From Candidatus Thorarchaeota archaeon (lineage in GTDB: Archaea > Asgardarchaeota > Thorarchaeia > Thorarchaeales > Thorarchaeaceae), in contig RDOC01000002.1 in assembly GCA_011364985.1 (NCBI GenBank), positions 32,001 through 96,000 of the forward strand: a stretch of 64,000 bases of DNA, read 5' to 3'. The position numbers and the translations under genes are program-made. Below are positions 27,852 to 37,151 of the stretch, in pieces (positions within the stretch are counted from its first letter, which is position 1; each line of letters begins with the position of its first letter). The notes below the pieces were generated by a model. The model was not told where the DNA came from. It searched no databases and was given only the letters and a program-made list of their open reading frames with translations.

Positions 27852-28670
27852 ATGGCCGAGTCGCAGGACATGACGATGCCTAAGGATGACCTCAGAATGA
27901 GAGGGCCATCCTTGTTGGTAGTATTCTATCGACCCAGAACTCCTACAAAACAGCTCATGAGTCTATCAGAGAGTCATAGTGTACACAGAGTAAGAAAAGG
28001 ACTCTTCTTGGTCTGCGGAAAGCCAAAGCAGGTAATAGAAGCCTTATCAAAAGTCCCTCATATAGCCCTTAGACGAACAAAGGAGATTCCTCGAAGAAAA
28101 TCGAGAAAGATGCGTACGGCACCACATCGCAGCTTTGCACTAGTTGCATATCGCACGAAGACCACCTCTCCACAGTTTAAGAAAGCCGTTCAGCGACTAG
28201 TAGCAAGAACACCTTCTATTCGACTACGACCAGGTGTATTTCTTTTTCCTCATATGAGGTCAAAGGATTTGAAGAAAGAAAGAGATGGAAAAGGTGCGCA
28301 ATCTCTACTCAATTCTATGCAGTTCTCACAGGCTCTCAAGGAGATGGGCGCCAAAGTATTTCGTTGGACACGTTTACAGGTAACAGAAGCGACTAATCCA
28401 GCTCCCATTCTAGACCTGATTCAAGAACGAATTGACTTTGAGATTGAAGCAGTTTCATCAAGGATCAGGCAATTGCGGAATCAGGCAAAAGATGCGCTTT
28501 CTGATAGTGCAAGATTGAAGAAGAGATACGTTGAGTATTCGAAGCAATTCACTCAACTAAAATTGAAAACCGAAGCCATTGAAACAATCTGGCATCTTGA
28601 CCTCGGTCCAAGAATGAAACAACTGTATAATCAGTTTCTTAGTGCCCGACGCATAATACGCGAGCTCTAG
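27852..28670 (+). CDS. Basic hypothetical protein (ChrB-N/PaaX-like repeat plus C-terminal coiled coil)
   Basis: Two similar segments (LLVVFYRP...RVRKGLFLV; ALVAYRTK...IRLRPGVFLFP) followed by a helical coiled coil; Arg/Lys rich. Confidence 0.6.
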   Translation: MAESQDMTMPKDDLRMRGPSLLVVFYRPRTPTKQLMSLSESHSVHRVRKGLFLVCGKPKQVIEALSKVPHIALRRTKEIPRRKSRKMRTAPHRSFALVAYRTKTTSPQFKKAVQRLVARTPSIRLRPGVFLFPHMRSKDLKKERDGKGAQSLLNSMQFSQALKEMGAKVFRWTRLQVTEATNPAPILDLIQERIDFEIEAVSSRIRQLRNQAKDALSDSARLKKRYVEYSKQFTQLKLKTEAIETIWHLDLGPRMKQLYNQFLSARRIIREL

Positions 28671-28709
28671 AGATGTGATGAGTCTTAAGACAAGGATGAC
28701 TAACAGTTA

Positions 28710-28933
28710 CCTTAGACCTAGAAAATCCTAGACACTGAGTAGGCTGTTCTTTGAAGAATCGTCATGTTCTCTCCATAATGGAAGGAGAAAGCGGGGGGTA
28801 CTTCTACTACGGGAAGTGTGAAGAGCACTTTCATGCTGATGTGAATACAGCACGAAACGTCATTCATGTTCATGAAGAACCCAGTACCGTTACTAGGCGG
28901 ACTGCCTAGACTAGCTGTCTAGGTCTGTCTAGA
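28710..28933 (+). mobile_element. Miniature IS607/IS200-IS605-derived element with a TnpB C-terminal remnant
   Basis: 28778-28909 encodes ..YFYYGKCEEHFHADVNTARNVI.., a decayed TnpB Zn-finger/RuvC-III HAD.NAA.NI motif. Both ends carry CTAGAC repeats, and there is a CCTAGAC/GTCTAGG hairpin at the right end. Confidence 0.6.
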
Positions 28934-28998
28934 TTACAATTAATGGTAATATCCACATTCATATCTCACAAATAGGTGGTCTATCATGAGGTCTAGAT

Positions 28999-29181
28999 AT
29001 GCGACTCATTGCTGTACATCTGCCTGAGAAGATAATTGATGACATTCAGCGTCTTGTAGACCGAGGGCTTTATCCGAATCGATCGGAAACTATCCGGATT
29101 GCGATTCGAGACCTATTGAAGCGGGAACTTTGGGAGCACAGTGTGCATCGAGAAAAGGCAAGTGAGGTAGCTCAACAATGA
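28999..29181 (+). CDS. cdrS: Ribbon-helix-helix regulator (CdrS-like)
   Basis: MRLIAVHLP...LVDRGLYPNRSETIRIAIRDLL; ATGA overlap with ftsZ. Confidence 0.8.
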   Translation: MRLIAVHLPEKIIDDIQRLVDRGLYPNRSETIRIAIRDLLKRELWEHSVHREKASEVAQQ

Positions 29182-30440
29182 AGACATTAATCGATTCAGC
29201 AAGAGAGCATATCAGAGCTGAAAGAAACACCCTCGGAACTCGTGACATGGGTCAAGCACGCATAGTCGTTGTTGGATGTGGTGGTGCTGGGAATAACACA
29301 GTGAAACGACTAATGACCATTGGTGTCCAAGGTGCTGAGTGTATAGCTATAAATACAGACCGTCAGCATTTGGCTGTTACTACCGCCCATAGGAAGCTGT
29401 TGATTGGGGAGAAGATAACTCGAGGGCTGGGCGCAGGAGGATACCCACCCGTTGGACAAGCTGCAGCAGAGGAATCAGCAGACCAGCTTGCCGAACTGCT
29501 TCGAGATGCGGATCTGGTATTTATCGCAGCGGGCTTGGGAGGCGGTACGGGTACTGGTAGTGCTCCGATTGTTGCTGAAATCGCCAAACGAAACAATGCC
29601 ATTGTTGTCGGAGTTGTGACCATGCCCTTTGATTTGGAGCGAACTCGACTCGATAAGGCGAAGGCCGGACTTGCGAAACTCCAAGAAAATGTAGATACTG
29701 CTGTTGTTATTGATAATCAAAAGCTCATGGAGCTTGTTCCCGATCTCCCGCTGGAGGAAGCCTTTGGTGTGGCTGATGAGGTTCTTGCGAACATGGTAAA
29801 AGGCATTACTGAAACAATAACTATGCCCAGTTTGATCAACCTAGATTATGCAGATGTCCGGTCCATTATCTGTAATGGTGGTGTTGCATTGGTTGGGCTT
29901 GGAGAAGCGTCAGGAAGCAATCGGGCAAACGAAGCTATTAAGAACGCCTTGAATAGTCCGCTTCTGGAAGTTGAGTGGAATGGAGCGACCGGTGCACTCA
30001 TTCATATCACTGGAGGATCAGATATGTCGCTTGCTGAAGCAAATGAAGTTGGGGAGCTTGTTTCTCAAAAGATGAGTTCAGATGCCAATGTGATATGGGG
30101 TGCACGTGTGGACCCAAGATTAAGTAGCATTCTACGTGTCATGCTAATCCTTACAGGAGTCAAGAGCCCACAGCTTCTACCGTGTTCCAGAGAAGAAGAA
30201 AAACCTAGGAAAGGGATAAGCAGACTCTCGGAACTGGGGATTCTTGCGGCTCATGTCAGTACTACCGCATCTAGATCGGTTTCTGCCAAAGCGCGCAGTT
30301 TTGGAAAGATACCTCCATTTTCATCAAGTGGGAGTTGGGAAGACCGCCTCAAACCCTTGGAGAAGAAACTGCTAGAGAGAACACCTAAATCTGTTGAAGA
30401 AACGGATTTGAGAGAACTTGGTCTTCGAAGATTACTTTGA
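29178..30440 (+). CDS. ftsZ: Cell division protein FtsZ (FtsZ2-type context)
   Basis: [23 protein letters not shown]7 loop INLDYADV. Confidence 0.96.
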   Translation: MKTLIDSAREHIRAERNTLGTRDMGQARIVVVGCGGAGNNTVKRLMTIGVQGAECIAINTDRQHLAVTTAHRKLLIGEKITRGLGAGGYPPVGQAAAEESADQLAELLRDADLVFIAAGLGGGTGTGSAPIVAEIAKRNNAIVVGVVTMPFDLERTRLDKAKAGLAKLQENVDTAVVIDNQKLMELVPDLPLEEAFGVADEVLANMVKGITETITMPSLINLDYADVRSIICNGGVALVGLGEASGSNRANEAIKNALNSPLLEVEWNGATGALIHITGGSDMSLAEANEVGELVSQKMSSDANVIWGARVDPRLSSILRVMLILTGVKSPQLLPCSREEEKPRKGISRLSELGILAAHVSTTASRSVSAKARSFGKIPPFSSSGSWEDRLKPLEKKLLERTPKSVEETDLRELGLRRLL

Positions 30441-30525
30441 TTTAATCTGTTGCAGCAGTTAACCTAACGTTGTCTAAGGTGACCGATTCAGTCATTGAAG
30501 CATGTGTTGTTTCATATTTTGGAGT

Positions 30526-30960
30526 CTAGTCGAGACCGTGATCCTTGAACCATTCGTCAGCAATAGCCTTGACCCTTTCGTATAAAGGACCGCTGCCATC
30601 TACTCCATCTTCTGCGGTTATTCTAACTTTATTCATCACGATTACGATTCCAGTATCGGGAAAGTACTGAACACCACCAGGAGGAAATGCCTTTTCAAGT
30701 TCCTTGACCAGTCCTTCTAGGGTGACTTCTTTCTCGGCAACAGAGAAGGAAATGATACCAGTTCCATAGATGAATATCCTCGGAATATTGGTTCCATCTG
30801 CGTCTAGTACATCTGAAAGAACTATACTCAGAGTGTTTTGATCAATTCCCTTCAGAGTGCCCGTGTATTTCTCACCAGTCTGTGTCACGACCTCAACAGT
30901 CGCTCCAATAACGGAGCCAAGTTCACGGTTGAAGGCTCTCATTGCTGCAACATCTGACAT
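30526..30960 (-). CDS. Sm-like archaeal protein with C-terminal extension (SmAP3-like)
   Basis: Sm1 (G..YTGTLKGID...IVLSD) and Sm2 (IFIYG..I) motifs plus an approximately 65-aa C-terminal domain (GVDGSGPLYERVK). Confidence 0.8.
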   Translation of the reverse strand: MSDVAAMRAFNRELGSVIGATVEVVTQTGEKYTGTLKGIDQNTLSIVLSDVLDADGTNIPRIFIYGTGIISFSVAEKEVTLEGLVKELEKAFPPGGVQYFPDTGIVIVMNKVRITAEDGVDGSGPLYERVKAIADEWFKDHGLD

Positions 30961-31052
30961 TCCTAATCACCATATACTTGGGAAAATCAAATGCTGGCTT
31001 CAATGATGTTGTTTTAAAAGTGATGCTCTCGCAATGTTATTAGCTAAGAAGC

Positions 31053-31943
31053 TTGCCGCCTGAGAATCACATATTAGTCTCATGGAGCCACAAGCACTTA
31101 CTCAAGGTGGTTTTCAAGCTGACAGCGTCCACAGTTCATTTCGCAAGGCAATACTTACGGGAAGTGAATAGCTTATTTTGCCCAGGATGCGGTAACGGAA
31201 TTATCGCAAATTCATTCATGAAAGCAGTAAAGGACCTTGGACATGAAGATCTAAGTAGCTTTGCCTTTGTATCAGGAATTGGATGCGGGGCTTGGATTGT
31301 GTCTCCACATTTTAGAGCTGACACACTCCATACTACACATGGAAGAGCGATTGCATTTGCATCTGGTCTGAAGCTAGCTAGACCTGAGCTGAAGGTTGTT
31401 GTGATAAGCGGAGACGGAGATCTTGTAGCAATCGGTGGAAATCACCTGATCCATGCTGCAAGACGCAACATAGACATGACGGTCATATGTTCCAATAACT
31501 ACATTTATGGAATGACCGGTGGACAGGTAGGACCTACAACCTTCACAGGTGATAGAACTACAACAACGCCTTATGGGAATCCGGAACGGCCCTTTGATGT
31601 TGCTAGATTGGTAGCTGCAGCAGGGGCGAATTATGTAGCAAGATGGACAACAGGACACCCGTTGCAGGCTGCCCGTTCGATTAAGACAGCCTTGCAGAAA
31701 AGAGGTTTTACTTTCGTGGAGATGCTGAGCCAATGTCCGACTGCCTATGGACGAAGAACTAAGGCTGGAGATGCAGTCGATATGTTGGCATGGTTCAAGA
31801 AATTGCCTGTTAGAAAGAAAGATGACCCTATGGACTATAAGACACCCACACATGACGGTATCGATTTGGGCGTGTTTGTAGATAGGGATGAAGCTTCATT
31901 TCTAGATTCCTTAGCCAGCACTTACTCGCATTTGGGAGCGTAA
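31053..31943 (+). CDS. korB: 2-oxoacid:ferredoxin oxidoreductase beta subunit
   Basis: FCPGCG, SGIGC, HTTHGRA, TPP motif GDGD...N, YGMTGGQ. True start probably about 20 codons downstream. Confidence 0.92.
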   Translation: MPPENHILVSWSHKHLLKVVFKLTASTVHFARQYLREVNSLFCPGCGNGIIANSFMKAVKDLGHEDLSSFAFVSGIGCGAWIVSPHFRADTLHTTHGRAIAFASGLKLARPELKVVVISGDGDLVAIGGNHLIHAARRNIDMTVICSNNYIYGMTGGQVGPTTFTGDRTTTTPYGNPERPFDVARLVAAAGANYVARWTTGHPLQAARSIKTALQKRGFTFVEMLSQCPTAYGRRTKAGDAVDMLAWFKKLPVRKKDDPMDYKTPTHDGIDLGVFVDRDEASFLDSLASTYSHLGA

Positions 31944-31949
31944 ATAGCT

Positions 31950-32474
31950 TTGAGAATAGAGGTACGGATAGCTGGAACGGGTGGTATGGGCGTCGTTCTA
32001 GCAGGAGTCATTCTTGGTCATACTGCAGTTATTCATGCTGGATTGAATGCCGTACAGACGCAGAGTTATGGTTCAGAAGCAAGAGGAACTGCAGCAAAGA
32101 GCGAGATTATTCTGAGTAACAGCCCTATAAGATATCCAAAAGTACGTGAGGCAGATTATAGCATTCTTATGTCACAGAAAGCATTTGATATGTATCTTGA
32201 TGGGGCCAAGAAAGAAAGTGTCTTGATTGTAGATCCAGACCTTGTAGATAGTCAAGGCATTATAGATTATGAAATCGTAGAGATTCCAGCAATGAGAGTA
32301 GCTGATGAGATGGGGTTGAGAGTGATATCAAATATGGTAATGATAGGGGCCTTTGTAAAGAAATCAGGTGTATTCGGAGTAGATGCATTAGAATTATCGC
32401 TCAAGGATTTTGTAAGCTCAAATGCATTAGAAAAGGACATTGAAGCTGTTAGAGCTGGAGCAAATCTTGTTTAA
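31950..32474 (+). CDS. korC: 2-oxoacid:ferredoxin oxidoreductase gamma subunit
   Basis: RIAGTGGMGV, QSYGSEARG, NMVMIGA. Confidence 0.9.
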   Translation: MRIEVRIAGTGGMGVVLAGVILGHTAVIHAGLNAVQTQSYGSEARGTAAKSEIILSNSPIRYPKVREADYSILMSQKAFDMYLDGAKKESVLIVDPDLVDSQGIIDYEIVEIPAMRVADEMGLRVISNMVMIGAFVKKSGVFGVDALELSLKDFVSSNALEKDIEAVRAGANLV

Positions 32475-32749
32475 CCGCCATGTACCAAAGGTAAAATGAT
32501 GATTATGTCTCCTTGACTCACTTTTGAATCGAGACCGCCAGTTAAGCCAATGTCTGTTTCATTGAGAAGAACTAATGTATCGCGATCAATTAAATCAGGA
32601 GTGCTCCAGAAATGCTGGATTTCTGTGAATTTTCCAACAAGCGTTTGCAGTACTTCACGTAGAATTGTGTCGTCACCGATTTCGACATCATACCGAGATA
32701 ATTTGACATGGACTGCAATTGAGCCGCGAAGTATTATTGTGACGCTCAT
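32471..32749 (-). CDS. Ubiquitin-like sulfur carrier/modifier (Urm1/SAMP/MoaD family)
   Basis: Beta-grasp pattern; LVLLNETDI..GLD..V..GD.I.ILP..HGG C-terminus. Confidence 0.85.
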   Translation of the reverse strand: MSVTIILRGSIAVHVKLSRYDVEIGDDTILREVLQTLVGKFTEIQHFWSTPDLIDRDTLVLLNETDIGLTGGLDSKVSQGDIIIILPLVHGG

Positions 32750-32876
32750 GGGTATCAGACTCTTGAATGGAAAGAGATTTTGATAAAGGAACCGGCATGG
32801 ACATACCTCCTGACTTGTTTAGCTAAATAACTCGTTTGTACCGAGGGATTTTCTTATCTTAGACTTCTGTACTGAT

Positions 32877-34376
32877 ATGGCCATGGACTGTGAAGATATC
32901 CCACCGAATAATGAAGCAATGAGTCATGCGGCTCGCTTGTTTGGTCTGAAAGAGACCAACAATGACTCCGTACGTCTAGTGAAAATTCTTGCAGTCCTGT
33001 TTCCATCTTTTGCAATTTCGTTTCAGATTAGTACAACTTTTTATATGATATTTATTGCAGAAACGTTGGGAGGAGGAGATTACGTTGCAGGTCTGACTCT
33101 GGTTGGCGTGCTTGTGATCATCAGTCTCGGTGCACAGACCATATTTGATTATCCCACTGGAGCAGTTGGAGACTGGATAGGTCAACGGTATATCATTGCC
33201 TCGGCACTTTTATGCTATTCAATTGCCTTTGGAATCACTTCAACCGTTGACAGTACAACACCATTTCCGGTCTTTGTTGCAATATATGCTCTAATGGGAA
33301 TTGGATCTGCTCAAGAAAGTGGTGCCTTTCAGGCATGGTTCGATTCGAATTGGAGAATTGCTATGCCCTATGATGAAGATCGCAAAATCTATGGTGTGTT
33401 TTGGGGACGCATAGGTATGGTTTGGCAGGTTTCATCGACTCTTGTACTGATCCCAGGGTCTTGGCTAGCATTGGTCCTTAACCGGCAGTGGGTGTTTCAG
33501 CTGCAGGCGATACTGTCTGCTGTCTTGGCTATGACTGTTCTCCGCCTTGTGAAGGACCTTCCTGGGGTAAGAAACGAAACAGATGACCGGCCTTCCTTGG
33601 AAGAGTATGGTCATCTGCTTAAGGACGGTGTAAGATTCTTAGGTTCTAGTAAATTCGTGACATTCATCATCCTTGGAGAGGTGTTGATTTGGAGCACTGA
33701 TCTGGTATGGTGGAATCTGCTCCTTTTCCCATTCTATTTCATCTACTTGTTTAGTGATGTAGCTGTGTCCTCCTATAGAACTCTTGTCTTCATTCCCGAA
33801 GCATTCATGCAAGAGAGAAGTGGTATTTGGTCCCGCAGATTTGACCCGAAAATTTGGATACCCCGTTTTAGGCTGTTGCAGTTTGGAGGAGTTTTCTTCT
33901 ATATTCTACTTGCATTGATAGTGGTTGTCTTTCCTCCTCCATCATTGAATTCAATATCCCTTGTAAGTATCAAAATCCCATTTACCGAACTCTCGGTTAT
34001 TGAAATGCCAATACAGTCAGTAATACCGGTCACACTCGTCTTCTTAGTATTTGTTCTTACAAGTGCATTTGGTGGTTTTGCGCAGATTTTGACACAACGC
34101 ATTATGATCGATATTATTCCTAATCGAATAAGAAATAGTATGTATTCCTTACAGCCAACTCTAATCATGTTAACTTCAATGCCACTCATCGCATTTTTCG
34201 GATGGATTATTCCCGAAACTGGTTTTCCACCGGTTTTCATTTTGTGTGCTCTTATTACATTTGCCGGAGCTATGCTAATCAGGATTGCATTTTCTCATCC
34301 AATACCAAAAGCTGAAGCAATAGTCCAAGCGACAAAAGAAGAAAAAAGAGAGATAGATGAAATGGATGTGGTGTAG
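32877..34376 (+). CDS. MFS transporter
   Basis: About 12 TM segments; motif A-like DYPTGAVGDWIGQR. Confidence 0.85.
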   Translation: MAMDCEDIPPNNEAMSHAARLFGLKETNNDSVRLVKILAVLFPSFAISFQISTTFYMIFIAETLGGGDYVAGLTLVGVLVIISLGAQTIFDYPTGAVGDWIGQRYIIASALLCYSIAFGITSTVDSTTPFPVFVAIYALMGIGSAQESGAFQAWFDSNWRIAMPYDEDRKIYGVFWGRIGMVWQVSSTLVLIPGSWLALVLNRQWVFQLQAILSAVLAMTVLRLVKDLPGVRNETDDRPSLEEYGHLLKDGVRFLGSSKFVTFIILGEVLIWSTDLVWWNLLLFPFYFIYLFSDVAVSSYRTLVFIPEAFMQERSGIWSRRFDPKIWIPRFRLLQFGGVFFYILLALIVVVFPPPSLNSISLVSIKIPFTELSVIEMPIQSVIPVTLVFLVFVLTSAFGGFAQILTQRIMIDIIPNRIRNSMYSLQPTLIMLTSMPLIAFFGWIIPETGFPPVFILCALITFAGAMLIRIAFSHPIPKAEAIVQATKEEKREIDEMDVV

Positions 34377-34502
34377 ACTTGGTTAATTAGTATATTTACT
34401 GGTCCGTGATTATGCTAGAATCCAATTTCTCTTTTTTGGGTCTTTAAATCGGGAAACCCTGACTGATTTTTGATTCATACTACTTGCAAAGGATGATTTC
34501 TT

Positions 34503-35441
34503 ATGACCGTCGTTGGAATATCTCAGCAACCAGAAGCTGAAGAACAGCAGCATCTCCTCTCAAGAATTGGTCTCTTGCCATTGGCAGGACTTCTCTTCGC
34601 GGTGGCCGTCGTTTGGCGGTTTGTAGATGTAGTTGTCTTGCATTTGGGGGACTCATGGCTAAACATTATGCCGTCCAAGCTCTTTCCGCTATTAATCATT
34701 GTAGGAGCCTTCTGGAAGTATAGAAGAACGGAAGTAGTGTCTGTTCTTGGTCTTTCCAAAGGCAAATTCTTCAAGACACAAATGATATTGGGAGTTGTCC
34801 TATCTGGTACATGGTATCTACTACTTGATGTAATTCCTCAAGTTGTCTATGCCACCTTCTTTGACTCAGCATATCAATTAGGCTTCCAAATAGCAGATGC
34901 TGATTTACTATTCTATTCCTTGATCTTCTTTATCACTAACGGCTTCCTTGAAGAAATCCTCTTTAGAGGCGTCCTTCAAAATAGCTTTAGGATGAAAATA
35001 GGTGTGGTTGGCGGGATTGTATTATCTGGAGTTCTCTTTGGAGTCTGGCATGCCATCTGGCCGATAATCAATGGAATTGACAGTCTATTCTCTGTGGGAC
35101 AAGCAGTATCTATGGTTGTCTTTTCTGCAGTCTTTGGGACTTTGTACGGTGTCTATTACGAGAAGTTCTCAAGTGGACGTACATTGGTTGCCCTCATAGT
35201 CTCTCATACTTTCATGGACTTCGTCAATGAGCATCTGAAGTTTGGACCAGAGCTACTTGTGCCTGGTCCGGATTACGTCTATACAAATCCATCAATTTTG
35301 GGTATCACTATCTTGTTTTTTCTGATAGGGTATTTTGCGATGATTCTATTCTTTTGGAAGTTCAAGGTAGAAGATGTCAACGAAAAATGGAGCGGTTTTG
35401 TGAGTCATCTAAAGATGAGATTTGGAGGAGATAGCATATAA
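34503..35441 (+). CDS. CPBP (Abi/CAAX type II) intramembrane metalloprotease
   Basis: EEILFRG, FGVWH and H...D motifs; multi-TM. Confidence 0.85.
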   Translation: MTVVGISQQPEAEEQQHLLSRIGLLPLAGLLFAVAVVWRFVDVVVLHLGDSWLNIMPSKLFPLLIIVGAFWKYRRTEVVSVLGLSKGKFFKTQMILGVVLSGTWYLLLDVIPQVVYATFFDSAYQLGFQIADADLLFYSLIFFITNGFLEEILFRGVLQNSFRMKIGVVGGIVLSGVLFGVWHAIWPIINGIDSLFSVGQAVSMVVFSAVFGTLYGVYYEKFSSGRTLVALIVSHTFMDFVNEHLKFGPELLVPGPDYVYTNPSILGITILFFLIGYFAMILFFWKFKVEDVNEKWSGFVSHLKMRFGGDSI

Positions 35442-36115
35442 TGCAAACCGAAATAGCCTTCATTTCATCGGGGCTTTCAACGATTGTGTCTACAATTCTG
35501 GCCACATATTTAATACAGAAGTGGTATCATCAGAAAGCACGTCTGCCCTTTGATCTTCCATTAATGTTTGGTGTAGTATTTGTCGCAAGTGCACTAAGCC
35601 AATTCTTCAAGTCGGCCACATTGATTGGGTTCGTTCCTGATACTCTTGAAATGTTTAGACTTAGGACGTTTATCATTGCTTGGGTGTATATACCTTGGTC
35701 ACTGGTATTGATGAGACTTCTGTGGCCAAGCGGCAAGAGATGGCATCTTAGACTCTGGGGGGTACTAACTGCCGTTTCTGTAGGGGTGTCATTGTTTGCT
35801 CCAACCCAAGCAATAATGCAGACTTACCACACAATATGGATTTTGATAATCATTATTGGTGTGATAGTCACATTTTCGGTCACTTGGAAGACAGGTCGTC
35901 TAAAGGAAGTGAGAAGTGAGCTTGTAGTCCTTGCCTCTATTTTGGCTGTTATTAGTCAAGTTGGTCAGATTGTATGGGCTGCTGCAGGGTTGACATGGAT
36001 TGGAGATATGTTTACCGTATTCAGTGTAACGCTTTATACGATTGCACTAATCAATCCTTGGCACAAGAAAGAGATCGCTTCGTCTAGTCCCGAACCAGTG
36101 CATGTAACGGGATGA
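35441..36115 (+). CDS. Stand-alone 7-TM membrane protein
   Basis: Seven hydrophobic segments; start overlaps the CPBP stop. Confidence 0.65.
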   Translation: MQTEIAFISSGLSTIVSTILATYLIQKWYHQKARLPFDLPLMFGVVFVASALSQFFKSATLIGFVPDTLEMFRLRTFIIAWVYIPWSLVLMRLLWPSGKRWHLRLWGVLTAVSVGVSLFAPTQAIMQTYHTIWILIIIIGVIVTFSVTWKTGRLKEVRSELVVLASILAVISQVGQIVWAAAGLTWIGDMFTVFSVTLYTIALINPWHKKEIASSSPEPVHVTG

Positions 36116-36173
36116 AGGACAAGACTGGCGTTTCATCGAGTTCAGGGAAGGTCAGATTCTTCTTTTCTCAAGT

Positions 36174-37148
36174 CTAAGATTCTAGCGATTCTAATGATTT
36201 TCTCAACACTTCTGGGTTAATTGCGCCAGCCTTGTGAACCTTACCTGTTTCAGTATCATTGAGTGTCAATTCAGCTGGACTGAAAAGCAATGGGTCAACT
36301 TTGTAGAAGTCAAAATCAAAACTCTTGAACAGATCATAGAAAGGGACTCCATATTGGGAAGAGGCTGAGGCAGGGGCTTTTTTAATTAAAGAGGAAATAT
36401 CATCAGTAGCATCACCATGTACGTAGAGAAATACTCTACCACCGTAAAGGATGCAGTCATTGCACATCCCCATGGCTCTAGCATCGTTCTTGGCAGCAGG
36501 AGCCACCGGAGCAACTCCATATCCTTTTCTTATCTTCTGAGTCCTAAAGCCAAGTGTATGTAGTTTGTGCAATCCCACTTCTAGGACTCTGGCAGAGATC
36601 TGTACAGATCCTGCTTTGCTTGCCGTTGGCGCAACTACACAATGAAGATTCGAAGGAACTATTCCGCATTTCTCGGCAATGAAATCAGTTACTTTCGTAG
36701 ACGGCAATACATTGGATTCGAGTACTATTACAGCTTCATTAAAATCATCTTGATATTCTAACTCATCAAATAGCTCTTTCTCTACACAAGCAAGTGCCCT
36801 TGCAGGACCGGACGCCATCGCAACGAAATCATCAACCTTGATTCTCCATCCTGCGAGTTGAGAACCTAAGGTGGCAATCGAAGGCTTATCCGTGCCCACA
36901 ATAACAGCAGGCAATGTTATATTGTCGATGTGAGTATGTGCAAAACGAACTGCACCCAATCCTCCCATGGATATTTCGCCAATCAGACGCCCAGCCTCTT
37001 CACTTCCACTGACCTCGATTCCTGCATCGACTATTGTTGTTCCATTAGGTTGTTCGATAACAGAACAACTAAGGTTATCCTCTAATTTTAGCATCTCTTT
37101 GAAGATGATTAGAGCATTCTGGTTGACACTGGTCTCCATGTTTTCCAT
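36174..37148 (-). CDS. mch: Methenyl-H4MPT cyclohydrolase
   Basis: LGSQLAGW, SGPARALA, APTASKAGSVQISAR..E.GLHKL, NDCILYGG, DFYKVDPLLFSPA. Confidence 0.95.
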   Translation of the reverse strand: MENMETSVNQNALIIFKEMLKLEDNLSCSVIEQPNGTTIVDAGIEVSGSEEAGRLIGEISMGGLGAVRFAHTHIDNITLPAVIVGTDKPSIATLGSQLAGWRIKVDDFVAMASGPARALACVEKELFDELEYQDDFNEAVIVLESNVLPSTKVTDFIAEKCGIVPSNLHCVVAPTASKAGSVQISARVLEVGLHKLHTLGFRTQKIRKGYGVAPVAPAAKNDARAMGMCNDCILYGGRVFLYVHGDATDDISSLIKKAPASASSQYGVPFYDLFKSFDFDFYKVDPLLFSPAELTLNDTETGKVHKAGAINPEVLRKSLESLES

Positions 37149-37151
37149 CCT

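Noticed and set aside
35441-36115. Possible rhodopsin (schizorhodopsin/heliorhodopsin)
   Set aside because: No retinal-binding Lys motif in helix 7.
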